From assembly GCA_963765575.1 (NCBI GenBank), contig CAVXWZ010000002.1:160001-224000 (forward strand): DNA of 64,000 bases, given 5' to 3'. The stretch comes from an uncultured cyanobacterium. GTDB taxonomy: Bacteria > Cyanobacteriota > Cyanobacteriia > PCC-6307 > Cyanobiaceae. The notes under the pieces were generated by a model, which was given only the letters and a program-made list of their open reading frames with translations, was not told where the DNA came from and did not search any database. Positions 42,164 through 52,267 of the stretch are shown piece by piece. Made by a program: the position numbers and the translations under genes. Position 1 is the first letter of the stretch; each line of letters starts with the position of its first letter.

Positions 42164-42171
42164 ACATCGCG

Positions 42172-43251
42172 ATGACGATCTATCTGCATATCGGCAGCCA
42201 CAAAACCGGCACCACGGCCATCCAGCGCTACCTCTCGCACCACCGGGAGGGCCTGCGGAACGAGGGCATCTGGTATCCCAAGGACTCGGAACTACTGGTG
42301 GGTGGACGCGACTCCTACAATCACCTCAACTTTGCCCGCTCCCTTGACTCCACAGGTACACCAAAGATCTATGCCAGGGACCAACTGGCGGCCATGGCGA
42401 CATCCCTGGTAGCGAAGGCCAGAGATTTCGACCACACGATCATCAGTGCCGAGGCGTTCTGGCGAATCGGCTTCGGCCGACCGACTCAGGATGGCAGCGA
42501 CGCGATTCTCTGGCGCCGCAAGCAAGAGAACGTGGCCACAATCCGTAGGCTGCTGGGCGATGCAGCCGACGTCACCGTGGTGGCCGTACTGAGGGAACGG
42601 GGGACATACATCCAAAAAAGCTATAGTGAATTCATCCTCGCCACCCTCTATCACAAGCGCATCCAGAAGTTCATTCGCTATTATCAACACACGGCAAATT
42701 ATCGGAAGCAGCTGGAGGCCTGGCGGCAGCATTTTCCAGTGCGAGCCTTCAGCTACGAGCAGCTCGATAAGGACAAGAAATTACCGCAATCGTTCAGCCT
42801 GGCCCTAGCGGGCGAAGTGAAAATTCTCCAAGATGACAGCGTGCGCAAGCAGCACTTCAACGTGGGACATCCCATCGCCTGTGTGTTGTACAAGCGCTAT
42901 CTCAATGGCATCGAGTTCATGCCCTATGACACGCGGGTGGAGCTCTACAACAAGGGCCGCAAACGGTTTACCAAAGCGTGTCGCAAGGGCAAACTGGCGG
43001 AGCTGAGTGAGATCAACAGCTGGCTCTCTGCTCAGGAGCTGCGCCGCCTACGGCGCAGCTACCGCGACGACGATGAGCTGATCCGCACTACCTTCTGCCC
43101 GGATTTTGTCTCCGGCCCCAGCACCAAGGAGGCCATGGACCGGGAGGACCCCCTGGTGCCACTCGGGCGCTCGGCTGTCCTCACGGCCCTCGGCTGGATG
43201 CTGAGCAAGCAGCCTCCAGCCCGCTCCTGGTTCACCCAGCCCACCCCATGA
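42172..43251 (+). CDS. Sulfotransferase-like P-loop protein
   Basis: IYLHIGSHKTGTTAIQ, IISAEAF, VLRER. Confidence 0.7.
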   Translation: MTIYLHIGSHKTGTTAIQRYLSHHREGLRNEGIWYPKDSELLVGGRDSYNHLNFARSLDSTGTPKIYARDQLAAMATSLVAKARDFDHTIISAEAFWRIGFGRPTQDGSDAILWRRKQENVATIRRLLGDAADVTVVAVLRERGTYIQKSYSEFILATLYHKRIQKFIRYYQHTANYRKQLEAWRQHFPVRAFSYEQLDKDKKLPQSFSLALAGEVKILQDDSVRKQHFNVGHPIACVLYKRYLNGIEFMPYDTRVELYNKGRKRFTKACRKGKLAELSEINSWLSAQELRRLRRSYRDDDELIRTTFCPDFVSGPSTKEAMDREDPLVPLGRSAVLTALGWMLSKQPPARSWFTQPTP

Positions 43252-44283
43252 CCAGCCTGCCCACGGTCGATCTGCTCACCCCCTGCCGCAACCGGGTGGA
43301 GCATCTGCGCGACAGCCTGCCCTCCTGGCTGGCCTGCGAGCAGATTCGCCGCGTGGTGGTGGTGGATTTCAACTCCACCACCCCCGTGATCGAGCATCTC
43401 GGCCCGCTTGCCGATGGGCGGGTCACGGTGGTTCGCGTCGACGAGGAACCCCTCTGGCGCCAGGGCCGGGCCCAGAACGTGGGCCTGGGGCTGGTGGATG
43501 CCGACCTGCTGCTCAAGATCGATGCCGACGTGTCGATCGTGGATCTGCGCCCCTATGTGGAGGCCATGGCTGGCGGCAAGCCAATGTTCTTCAAGGGCTT
43601 CAGCAAGCTGGGCACCTCCTCGGGGCTGTGCCTCGCTCCCACCGCGGTGATGCGGGCCGCCGGCGGCTACCACGACCACATGTCGGGCTGGGGCGGGGAC
43701 GACGTGGACTTCTATCAGCGCCTGGGCAAGCGGGGCCTGAAGCGGCAGTTCTTCCGCCCCGAGAGCTTCCGGGAGCAGACCCAGAGCATGGCCATCAAGA
43801 ACAAGGAAGTGCCACAGCTCGATTCACAGCTGATCCGGGGCTACGAGAGCCAGGCCCGCAATCCGTTCTTCACAGGCTTTCGCAACACGGTGCTGGCCAG
43901 GGTGCAGCGGCAGACCCGGCGGCGGGCCCTGCGCTGGCGCTACCACCGGCAGGCACCCACCCCCAACCAGGCATCGACCCTGAGCGGATCGGCCCAGCTT
44001 GTGCAAGCCCGCCTGCGCAAGCCCCGCAACTGGCGTCTGAAGCTCAGCCGTCACGCCACCGAACTGGCCAACATCCTGGCGCTGGCTCACTTCGATCAGG
44101 TCGCCTCCCCCTGGGAGTTGATCGACAGTGACGTGTTCCAGCAGGCCCTGAGCCGCCACAACCTGCCGCGCTGGCGGGGACGCAAGCAGCGGCAGCTGCT
44201 GCTGCGTGAGCTGCCGGAACGCCTGGACGCGCTGCGGGAGTCTGGCAGCCGAGCTGGGAGTGAGTTGCACGCCCCGGCCATAG
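43248..44283 (+). CDS. GT-A glycosyltransferase (GT2/GT7-like); a +1 slip near 44241 extends the called ORF to 44462
   Basis: TPCRNR, VVVDFNS, KIDAD, GGYHDHMSGWGGDDVDF; removing one base gives ..ELAAELGVSCTPRP* ending at 44283. Confidence 0.78.
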
Positions 44284-44328
44284 AGTTGCGGACCATCCAC
44301 CGCGATCACCGCGGAGCGACGGCACCCC

Positions 44329-45490
44329 TTGCCCTCCCTCCAGACCCTGGCCGAGCTGCCCGCCGACCATCCCTGCCTCTGGGGCGCCGTCCACACGGCC
44401 CCCGAGGCCAGTTGGGTGATCGAACCGCAGGCCGTCCTGCTCCCCAGTCGGCGCACCGGTGATCTGTCCCACTGGTGGAACTCCCGCCGGCAGGGGGGCC
44501 TCGACCGGCATGGCCAGCCGATCGAGGCCCTCACGGATCAGCGGGGCAGCCGCACCATCTATGGACTCAACAGCGGCCGTGACCAACCCAGCGGAGAGCG
44601 GTCCGCTCCGAGTCCCCAGGCCCACGCTGCTGTACGGCGGCACGTTGTTTGATCACTTCGGGCACCTGGTGCTTGATCTCACCCGCACGTACCAGTTGCT
44701 GCGCCTGTTCCGCCGCAGCAAGGAGCCGATCTGGTTCCACTACCCCATGCAGGCCAGAACCAACCCCGCTCCCGACGGCTCCGGCGACGAGGCGGGCTCC
44801 CGAGCCGGCCGGAGGGGCAGCATCAGCAACCCGCTGGTACTGGAATGGCTGGAGTGCCTGGGGATCCGCAAGCGCGCCAGGGTGATCATCAAGAAGCTGC
44901 CGGCTTCGATGTTGGTGTCGTCCAACGTGCTCTACCGGGACCGGCAGTTCGTCACCAGCGATTTTCCCCAGGCCGCCCAGGCCGCCCTGGCGCCACAGCT
45001 GCGCCGGCGCCTGCTGAAGCTGGAGCGGCAACCCGGGCGGATCGCCTACCTGTCCCGTCACCGGCTGCAGAGCGGCACCACCCGCTTTGTGGGTGAGCAG
45101 GAGGTGGTGCGAGCGATCAGCAACCACCCCAGGATCGATGTGATCTGCCCGGAGGAACTCTCCATCGCCGACAAGCTGGGCCTGTTCCGCCGCTACGAGC
45201 TGATCGCCGGCTTCCCCCAGGCCTGCATGAACCTCAAGTGCTTCGCTCCCTATGGGCGAGTGGACGAGCTGGCCCGCCAGGTGATGTTCATCGCCGGGCC
45301 CCAGAGCCTGAGCAGCAACTGGGTGAATCTCGATCGAGCCTGCGGCTTCGGCGATCGGGTGCTCGAGACCCCAGCCGACACCAGCTCCGCCCACGACGAT
45401 CCAGCTGCAGCGGACGCCATGGGCTTCCAGCGCAGCAATGGCTTCGATGCCGGCCTGGTGCTGGACGCGCTGCATGAACTGGCCCGCTGA
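44329..45490 (+). pseudogene. GT61-like glycosyltransferase (paralog 1), +1 frameshift near 44600
   Basis: Frame 44329 (HPCLWG..ALTDQRG) aligns with the N-terminus of the next gene; frame 44459 has LYGGTLFDHFGH, AYLSRH, ICPEELS. Confidence 0.72.
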
Positions 45491-46580
45491 CTTCCAGCCC
45501 CTGAACGGCATCGGCCCGGAGCATCCGGCCCTCTGGGGACGGCTGCAGGTCACCGAACCGGAGCCGCCCCTGCTGCTCACCGATGCGGTGGTGCTTCCCC
45601 CCTGGCAGCACCGCGACGTGGAGGCCTGGCGGTTGCGCCACTCCCTGGGCGTCTTCGACGGGCAGGGCAACCATGTGACGGCCCTGAGCGATCAGCGCGG
45701 TGAGCGCAGCCTCTGCTTCCCACCAGCGCACCTGGAGCAGGCCCGCTTCAATCGCAACCGCGCCCTCAGCAAGGAGGTGGTGCTCTACGGCGGCACCCTG
45801 TACGACCACTTCGGCCATCTGCTGATGGACATGGGCCGGGCCTACCAGCTGCTGCGCCTGTTCCGGCACACCAAGCTGCCGATCTGGTTTCACGACTGCA
45901 CACCCCACCGGGGATCCGTGCTGCGGCTGGCGATGGTGCGGGAGTGGCTGGCCTGCCTGGGGATCGCCGAGCGGGTGCGGATCGTGCGGCGCCCCCTGCT
46001 GGCACGGCAGCTGATCTCCGCACCAGCCCTCTATCGCGACCGGCAGTTCGTGAGCGCCGATCTACGACCGGCTTGCCAGACCGCCCTGAAACCGAAACTG
46101 CGCCGCCAACTGGAGCAGGCAGGCCCGCCACGGCGGCGGCTGGCCTACCTGTCCCGCCATCGGCTCAGCAGTGGCAGCACCCACTTCGCCGGTGAGGGGG
46201 AGCTGGTGGAACGCCTGGCCGACCTGCCCCATGTGGACGTGATCTGCCCGGAGCAGCTGGACTTCGCCGACAAGATCACCCTCTATCGCCGCTACGAGGT
46301 GGTGGCCGGCTTTCCCCAGTCGTGCATGAACCTCAAACTGTTCACCCCGGGGGATGACCTGGCCCTGCAGGTGATGTTCAGCGCCGGCCCGCGCAGCCTC
46401 AGCAGCAGCTGGGTGAACATCGAGCACGCCACCGGATTCGGCGATCAGCTGGTGGACTGCAGCGCCCTGGAGCAGGGAGACGCCAGCGACCCTGAGGATC
46501 CGCAGGTGGGCACGTTCCTGCGCAGCAACCGCTTCAACGGCGACGCGGTGCTGGACGCCATCACCGCCCTGGCCGGCTGA
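45474..46580 (+). CDS. GT61-like glycosyltransferase (paralog 2)
   Basis: LYGGTLYDHFGHLL, AYLSRH, GEGEL, ICPEQLDFADKI. Confidence 0.75.
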   Translation: MNWPADFQPLNGIGPEHPALWGRLQVTEPEPPLLLTDAVVLPPWQHRDVEAWRLRHSLGVFDGQGNHVTALSDQRGERSLCFPPAHLEQARFNRNRALSKEVVLYGGTLYDHFGHLLMDMGRAYQLLRLFRHTKLPIWFHDCTPHRGSVLRLAMVREWLACLGIAERVRIVRRPLLARQLISAPALYRDRQFVSADLRPACQTALKPKLRRQLEQAGPPRRRLAYLSRHRLSSGSTHFAGEGELVERLADLPHVDVICPEQLDFADKITLYRRYEVVAGFPQSCMNLKLFTPGDDLALQVMFSAGPRSLSSSWVNIEHATGFGDQLVDCSALEQGDASDPEDPQVGTFLRSNRFNGDAVLDAITALAG

Positions 46581-46587
46581 GGGGCCT

Positions 46588-47833
46588 TCAGATCGCTTCG
46601 AGGCTGGGGATCGCCCGCCAGAAACGCAGTGGTGGGTTGTCTCCGTCGCTCCACTGCTGCTTGATCTCGGCGGCGATGTTCCAGGGCAACACCAGCAGGC
46701 CGGTGGGCTGCCGGGCTGCCAGCTCCTCGGCCGAAATCACCGGGATGTGGCTGCCGGGCAGGAAGCGACCGATCTTGCTCGCCGCCCGATCGGCCACCGC
46801 CGGCAGCAGGTCGGCCCGTACACCGGCGTAATTGAGCAGGGTGTTGCCCTTGGCGGCGGCTCCATACCCCAGGATGCAGTCGTTGCCGGCCTGGGCGTCG
46901 AGCAGAAAGCGCAACAGGGCGTGCTTGGCGGCCAGGGCCCGCTGCTGGAAGCCGGCATAGGCCGAGCTGGCCTCCAGTCCGGCAGCCGCCTCGGCCGCCA
47001 ACACCGCTTCCAGCCGCTCGCGCGCCGCCAGCGGCGCCTGCACGGCGCCATCGTCCCGGGCCAGCCACACCCGCAGGCTGCCGCCGTGGGTGGCCAGGCA
47101 CTCCACATCGACCACCGCCAGGCCCACACTGACGGCGATGCGGCGCAGCACGGCCAGGCTCAGGTAGCTGTAGTGCTCGTGGTAAATGGTGTCGAACTGG
47201 TTGCCCTGCAGCAGCCGCAGCAGGTGGGGGCATTCGATCGAGGCCTGGCCGCCGGGTTTGAGCAGCAGGGCGATACCGGCGAGAAAGTCGTTGATGTCCG
47301 GCACATGGGCCAGGACGTTGTTGGCCACCACCAGATCGGCCCGGCGCCCCTGCTCCAGCAACTCCCGGGCCAGGGCCACCCCGAAGAAGCGCTCGATCGT
47401 GTCGATGCCGCGGGCCCGGGCCGCGGCCGCGGTGGCCGTGGTGGGCTCGATGCCCAGGCAGGGGATCTGCCGCTGGCGCACGTACTGCAGCAGGTAGCCA
47501 TCGTTGCTGGCCAGCTCCACCACCAGCGAGCCGGCATCGAGGTGCAAGCGCTCCACCGCAGCGGCCACGTAGCGCTGGGCGTGGGCGCACCAACTGCTGG
47601 AGGTGCTGGAGAAGTAGGCGTAGTTGGCCGTGAACAGCTCGGCGGCCGGCGCATGCTCAGGCAGCTGCACCAGCCAGCAGGACGTGCAGAGGTACACCTT
47701 CAGGGGGTAGGTGAGCTCCGGCAGCAGCAACTGCTCAGCGCTGAGGTAGGCATTGCTGGGGGGCTGGTGGCCCAGATCGATCACCTCCTCGCTCCAGGGG
47801 CGAGGCGCAGTGGCGGCAGCGGTGCAGGGTCAC
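46588..47833 (-). CDS. NDP-hexose C-methyltransferase family protein; +1 frameshift near 47793 detaches the CRHC zinc motif
   Basis: GTG 47833 MTLHRCRHC, then IDLGHQPPSN, CTSC, ELASNDG, ANNVLAH, FDTIYHEH, HGGS, GYGAAAKG, VLPWN. Confidence 0.87.
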
Positions 47834-48387
47834 GGGGTGGGGGCCTTAAGAGTGGCCAGCAGCGGCAGCTGGCGGTCGCGGGGGCTGAGGTCGATGGCCG
47901 CCAGGGGCCAGGGAATCGCCAGCCCTGGATCATTCCAGACCACCCCACGCTGCTCCTCGGGACGGTATGGGGCGGAGTGCACATAGAGCAGTTCACTGCC
48001 CGGCTCCAGCACCTGGAAGCCGTGCAGGCAGCCCTCGGGAATCAGCCAGGCGTTGGCGGCGGCCGCCGACAGCTCCAGCGCCTGCCACTGCCCCCAGGTG
48101 GGGGAGTCAGAGCGCACATCCACGGCCACATCAAACACACGCCCGCGGATGCAGCGCACCAGCTTGGCCTCCGCCGCCTCTCCACCCTGGCCATGCAGAC
48201 CGCGCAAGGCGCCAACGCGGTCGCTGCGGCTGAGGTTGATCTGGTGCACCGGCCGCTCCCCCCACCAGGGGGCGAACTGCTCGCGCCGAAAGGCGTTCAG
48301 AAAGGAACCGCGGGGGTCGTCAAAGGGGATCGAGCGGATCTCCAGCAGACCGTGGATTGCGGTGGTGCGGGCGGTGGGCGGGGCCAT
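47830..48387 (-). CDS. rfbC: NDP-4-keto-6-deoxyhexose 3,5-epimerase (RmlC family)
   Basis: DPRGSF, GALRGLH, KLVRCIRG.VFDVAVD, IPEGCLHGFQ, WNDP. Confidence 0.9.
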   Translation of the reverse strand: MAPPTARTTAIHGLLEIRSIPFDDPRGSFLNAFRREQFAPWWGERPVHQINLSRSDRVGALRGLHGQGGEAAEAKLVRCIRGRVFDVAVDVRSDSPTWGQWQALELSAAAANAWLIPEGCLHGFQVLEPGSELLYVHSAPYRPEEQRGVVWNDPGLAIPWPLAAIDLSPRDRQLPLLATLKAPTP

Positions 48388-48398
48388 GGGCGGGGGGC

Positions 48399-49505
48399 TC
48401 AGGCGGCGCCGTAGCGCTCGAGGTCGTCGAGACAGCAGGCCAGGGGTGAGGCCCCCTCGTGCACCCGCCGGTACCAGCAGGCGGTGCGCTCCACGGTGGT
48501 GGCGAAGTCCCAGCGGGGCCGCCAACCCAGCTGATGGCGGGCCTTGTCGATGACCAGATGGAGCAGACCCGCCTCGTGGGGCGCCTGCGGATCGGCTTGC
48601 TCGCGCCAGTCCCCGCCGGGCCAGTGGGCCTGCAGGGCTGCCACCAGGTTGGCCACGGGCCGGTTGGCCTCCAGGGCTGGACCGAAGTTCCAGGGGCCGG
48701 CGAGGGCCCCGGCAGGATCGGCCGCCAGCCTCTGGGCCAGCAGCAGGTAGGCGCCCAGGGGTTCGAGCACGTGCTGCCAGGGCCGGGTGGCGCCGGGATG
48801 GCGGAGGCTGAGGGGCTCAGCGCGGGCCCAGGCCCGCATGGCATCCGGCACGATCCGGTCGGTGGCCCAGTCGCCGCCGCCGATCACGTTGCCGGCCCGG
48901 GCGCTGGCGATGGCGAGGTGGGGGGTCTGGTGCGGGGCGCGGCCGCAGAAGCTCGAGCGCCAGGAGGCGATCGCCAGCTCGGCGGCGGCCTTGCTGGCGC
49001 TGTAGGGATCGCGGCCGCCGAGGCGGTCGGTTTCGCGGTAGCCGTAGCACCACTCGCGGTTGTCGTAGACCTTGTCCGTGGTGACCATCACCACGGCACA
49101 GGGATGGGCGAGCGGGCGCAGGGCTTCGAGCAGATGCAGGCTGCCCATCACATTCACCGCCCAGGTGGTGAGGGGTTCGGCGTAGCCCCGCCGCACCAGC
49201 GACTGGGCCGCCAGGTGCAGCACCAGCTCAGGTCGGGCGGCGGCCACGGTGGCGGCCACGGCCGCCGCATCGCGCAGATCGACGTGATGGTGCAGCAGGC
49301 GGCCGGGCAGTCCAGACACCGAGCCCGAGGCCAGGTTGAGGGCGTCGAAGAGGTTGGGGCTCGACTCCGGATCGAGGGCCAGGCCATGCACCTCGGCCCC
49401 GAGTTGAAGCAGCCACAGGGTCAGCCAGGCCCCCTTGAAGCCGGTATGCCCCGTGAGCAGCACCCGTTTGCCCCGCCAGAACGCCGGATCAGGGCTTGGG
49501 GCCAT
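48399..49505 (-). CDS. rfbG: CDP-glucose 4,6-dehydratase
   Basis: TGHTGFKGAWL, HLAAQSLV, TTDKVY, DPYSASK, RAGNVIGGGD, RPWQHVLEP; alternative start 49556. Confidence 0.94.
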   Translation of the reverse strand: MAPSPDPAFWRGKRVLLTGHTGFKGAWLTLWLLQLGAEVHGLALDPESSPNLFDALNLASGSVSGLPGRLLHHHVDLRDAAAVAATVAAARPELVLHLAAQSLVRRGYAEPLTTWAVNVMGSLHLLEALRPLAHPCAVVMVTTDKVYDNREWCYGYRETDRLGGRDPYSASKAAAELAIASWRSSFCGRAPHQTPHLAIASARAGNVIGGGDWATDRIVPDAMRAWARAEPLSLRHPGATRPWQHVLEPLGAYLLLAQRLAADPAGALAGPWNFGPALEANRPVANLVAALQAHWPGGDWREQADPQAPHEAGLLHLVIDKARHQLGWRPRWDFATTVERTACWYRRVHEGASPLACCLDDLERYGAA

Positions 49506-49537
49506 CGCAGCCTGGCGGGAGGGCGGCACTGAACTGC

Positions 49538-50311
49538 TCAGCTCCAGAGCTTCCATGGCGCCGCTCCGCTCTGCCAGAGCTCCTCCAGCCGGTTGCGTTC
49601 GCGCAGGGTGTCCATCGGCTGCCAGAAGCCGCGGTGACAGTAGGCCGCCAGTTCGCCGCGACGGGCCAGCTCGGGCAGCACATCGGCCTCGAAGACACTG
49701 TCATCGCCAGCGATGAGATCACACACCGAAGGCTCCAGCACAAAGAAGCCACCGTTGATCCAGGCGTTGTCGCCATCGGGCTTCTCCTGGAAATTCCGCA
49801 CCCGGCCCTCCTCCAGATGCAGGGCCCCATAGCGACCGGGGGGCTGCACGGCCGTGAGCGTGGCCACCCGGCCGGACCGGCGATGGTGCTCCAGCAGCGC
49901 CTGGACATTCACATCGGCCACGCCATCGCCGTAGGTGAAACAGAAGGCCCCGTCACCGAGGTAGGGACGCACCCGCGCCAGGCGGCCAGCGGTCTGGGTG
50001 AGATCGCCGGTGTCCACCAGGGTGACCTTCCAGGGCTCGGACTTGCGCTGGTGCACCTCCATGCGGTTGTCACCATCGAGATGGAAGGTGACATCACTCA
50101 TGTGCAGAAAATAATTGGCGAAGTATTCCTTGATCATGTAGCCCTTGTAGCCGCAGCAGACCACGAACTCCTGGATGCCAAAGGCGCTGTAGAGCTTCAG
50201 GATGTGCCAGAGAATGGGGCGACCGCCGATTTCCACCATCGGCTTGGGTCGCAGGGCCGTTTCCTCCGCCAGGCGCGTGCCCAGGCCACCGGCAAGGATG
50301 ACGGCTTTCAA
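49538..50311 (-). CDS. rfbF: Glucose-1-phosphate cytidylyltransferase
   Basis: [45 protein letters not shown]. Confidence 0.95.
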   Translation of the reverse strand: MKAVILAGGLGTRLAEETALRPKPMVEIGGRPILWHILKLYSAFGIQEFVVCCGYKGYMIKEYFANYFLHMSDVTFHLDGDNRMEVHQRKSEPWKVTLVDTGDLTQTAGRLARVRPYLGDGAFCFTYGDGVADVNVQALLEHHRRSGRVATLTAVQPPGRYGALHLEEGRVRNFQEKPDGDNAWINGGFFVLEPSVCDLIAGDDSVFEADVLPELARRGELAAYCHRGFWQPMDTLRERNRLEELWQSGAAPWKLWS

Positions 50312-50446
50312 TCACACTCGCCACTGCTTGGCCCATCCTAAGGGGCAAGCCTCAGGAGACCCCGGCAGCAGCAGCTGTCGACGTCATCGGCTACAGCCCC
50401 ATCATTCCGGCCATCATCCCCGCCCAGCCATGAGGTTTCCGACGCC

Positions 50447-52267
50447 ATGAGTTCCCCCACTGATGCGTCGCTGACAATTGTTGCCATTTTCAAGAACGAG
50501 GGCGACATCATCTGCGAGTGGGTGCGGCATTACTTCACTCAGGGTGCCACCCAGATCCTGCTGGTTGACAACAACAGCACGGACGATTGGCAGGGAGCCC
50601 TGGCTGAGTTTGGCCACGATTCCAGGCTCACCTGCCTGCAGGATTCCAGGTCGCAGGCGCAGCTCAAGATTTATCAGGAGATTCTTTATAGCGGCATCAT
50701 CGAGGGGGAATGGACATTGCCGTGCGATCTCGATGAGTTTGCCTATGCACGCAAGCCGTTCAGCCGCATCAGCCAGTATCTCGGCACCCTGGCTGAGGAT
50801 GTCAGCGGAGTGGCTTTACCCTGGAAAATGTTCGGATCGTCAGGCCACATCCAACACCCAAGCGGGCGAACCATCGACAATTTCCTGATGCGGGAAGAAG
50901 CCGAAGGGCCGGTTCTGGGGAAAACGATCAGCCGGACAAACCGAATCCAAGAAATTGAGGTTCACCGTCATCATTACAGTGAAGGATCACTGATTCGCTC
51001 CTGCGGCACGACGGTCAACCTGAACCCCTACTTGCACCATCGATAGGCCCACACTGAACGCGAAAAAATCCACCTCAACCATTATTCAATTCGCTCCAGA
51101 GAATTCTTTGAAAAGGTGAAGATGAAGCGGGGTAAGGTGTTCTCTGCCAACAACTATTTTGAACGCTACTTCCAGGTCCGAGATCAGAACACCGTCCGAG
51201 ATGGCGAACTCAGTGAGCTCACGGCCGGCGACCGACCAGCCAGTGTCGAGCCGTGCTGGTTCGACCCACGCCGTCATCCCCTGCCCCCCGGGCCTCGCCC
51301 CCCGGTGTTCAGGCTGCTGGAGGCGACCGAAGGCCTGGAATTACCGGCCGATCGGCGCCCCCTGCGACTGGCCTTCCAGGCTGAGCCATCAGGCCCGTCG
51401 AGCAGAACGGCGAGCCGCTGGCTTGATGGCGGCTCAGTACCGCTCGACCGGGAGGAGGCGATCAACTCCCTGGTGGGGATGGCCTGCCTGGCACTGGCAC
51501 CTCTGGATCCCAAGCTGCCGCTGAGGATCGACGCCAGCCAGGCCAGCAAGGCCAGCCGGCGGCGGGCTCAACGCTGGTGTGAGCTGCTCCAGGTCAACCA
51601 CCCCGTTCACTGGATCACAGCCGGCGACAGCGCCCTGGACAAGGCGGCCCATGGCCACCGGCCCGAGTGCTGGCGACCGGAGCCTTCCATTCGCCAGGAG
51701 GCTGAATCGTGGCGCTGCGCCAGCGCAGCCATCGCCCGGAATCGCTCCCTGCAGGCCACCCTGCAAGACCACCCGGGCCGGCACGCCGTGGCGATCGCCC
51801 TGCCCTCCCGCAAGGCCGGCCGGGGCCGTGCCGGCCGCTTCGAGAAGCAGCTCAGGCCCCTGCTCAAAACACTGGCTCTGGAGCAACAGATCCCCCTGCT
51901 GCGGCTGCGCTCACTGTCGCTGCAGCAGCAGATCCGCCAACTGCGGCGCTACCGCTGGATCGTCGGTCCCTTCCAGCCGGCGATGCTGTTGGTTCATCTC
52001 CTGGGCGAGGCACCACAGCCCGCCCCCACCCTGATCCTGCTCAGTCGCGGCAGCCGCCGCAGCCGCCAGGTGATGCGACGAATTCAGCGGGTGCAGCGGC
52101 AGCCCCACCGGCTGCTGATCTTGCCCCCGGCCACGCCAGCGACCGCCGGCAAAGCCGGCGTGGCCGGAGACGACGACCGCCGGGTGCTTGCTGACCTGAT
52201 CCGCTGGCTGCAGGCCAGCCCTGACCCCCACAGTGGCCATCAGAGCGGCGCGCTGCAGCGGGGCTGA
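50447..52267 (+). pseudogene. GT-A glycosyltransferase (GT2/GT92-like) with a C-terminal domain, interrupted by an in-frame TAG at 51044-51046
   Basis: AIFKNE..EWVRHY..DNNSTD..DLDEF..WKMFGS, stop, then the same frame continues IHLNHYSIRSREFFEKVK..RG. Confidence 0.72.

Noticed and set aside
34990..47800. Programmed frameshifting or phase variation as the cause of the split genes
   Set aside because: No long homopolymers or shared slippery motif at the shift sites; consistent +1 direction fits sequencing error better.
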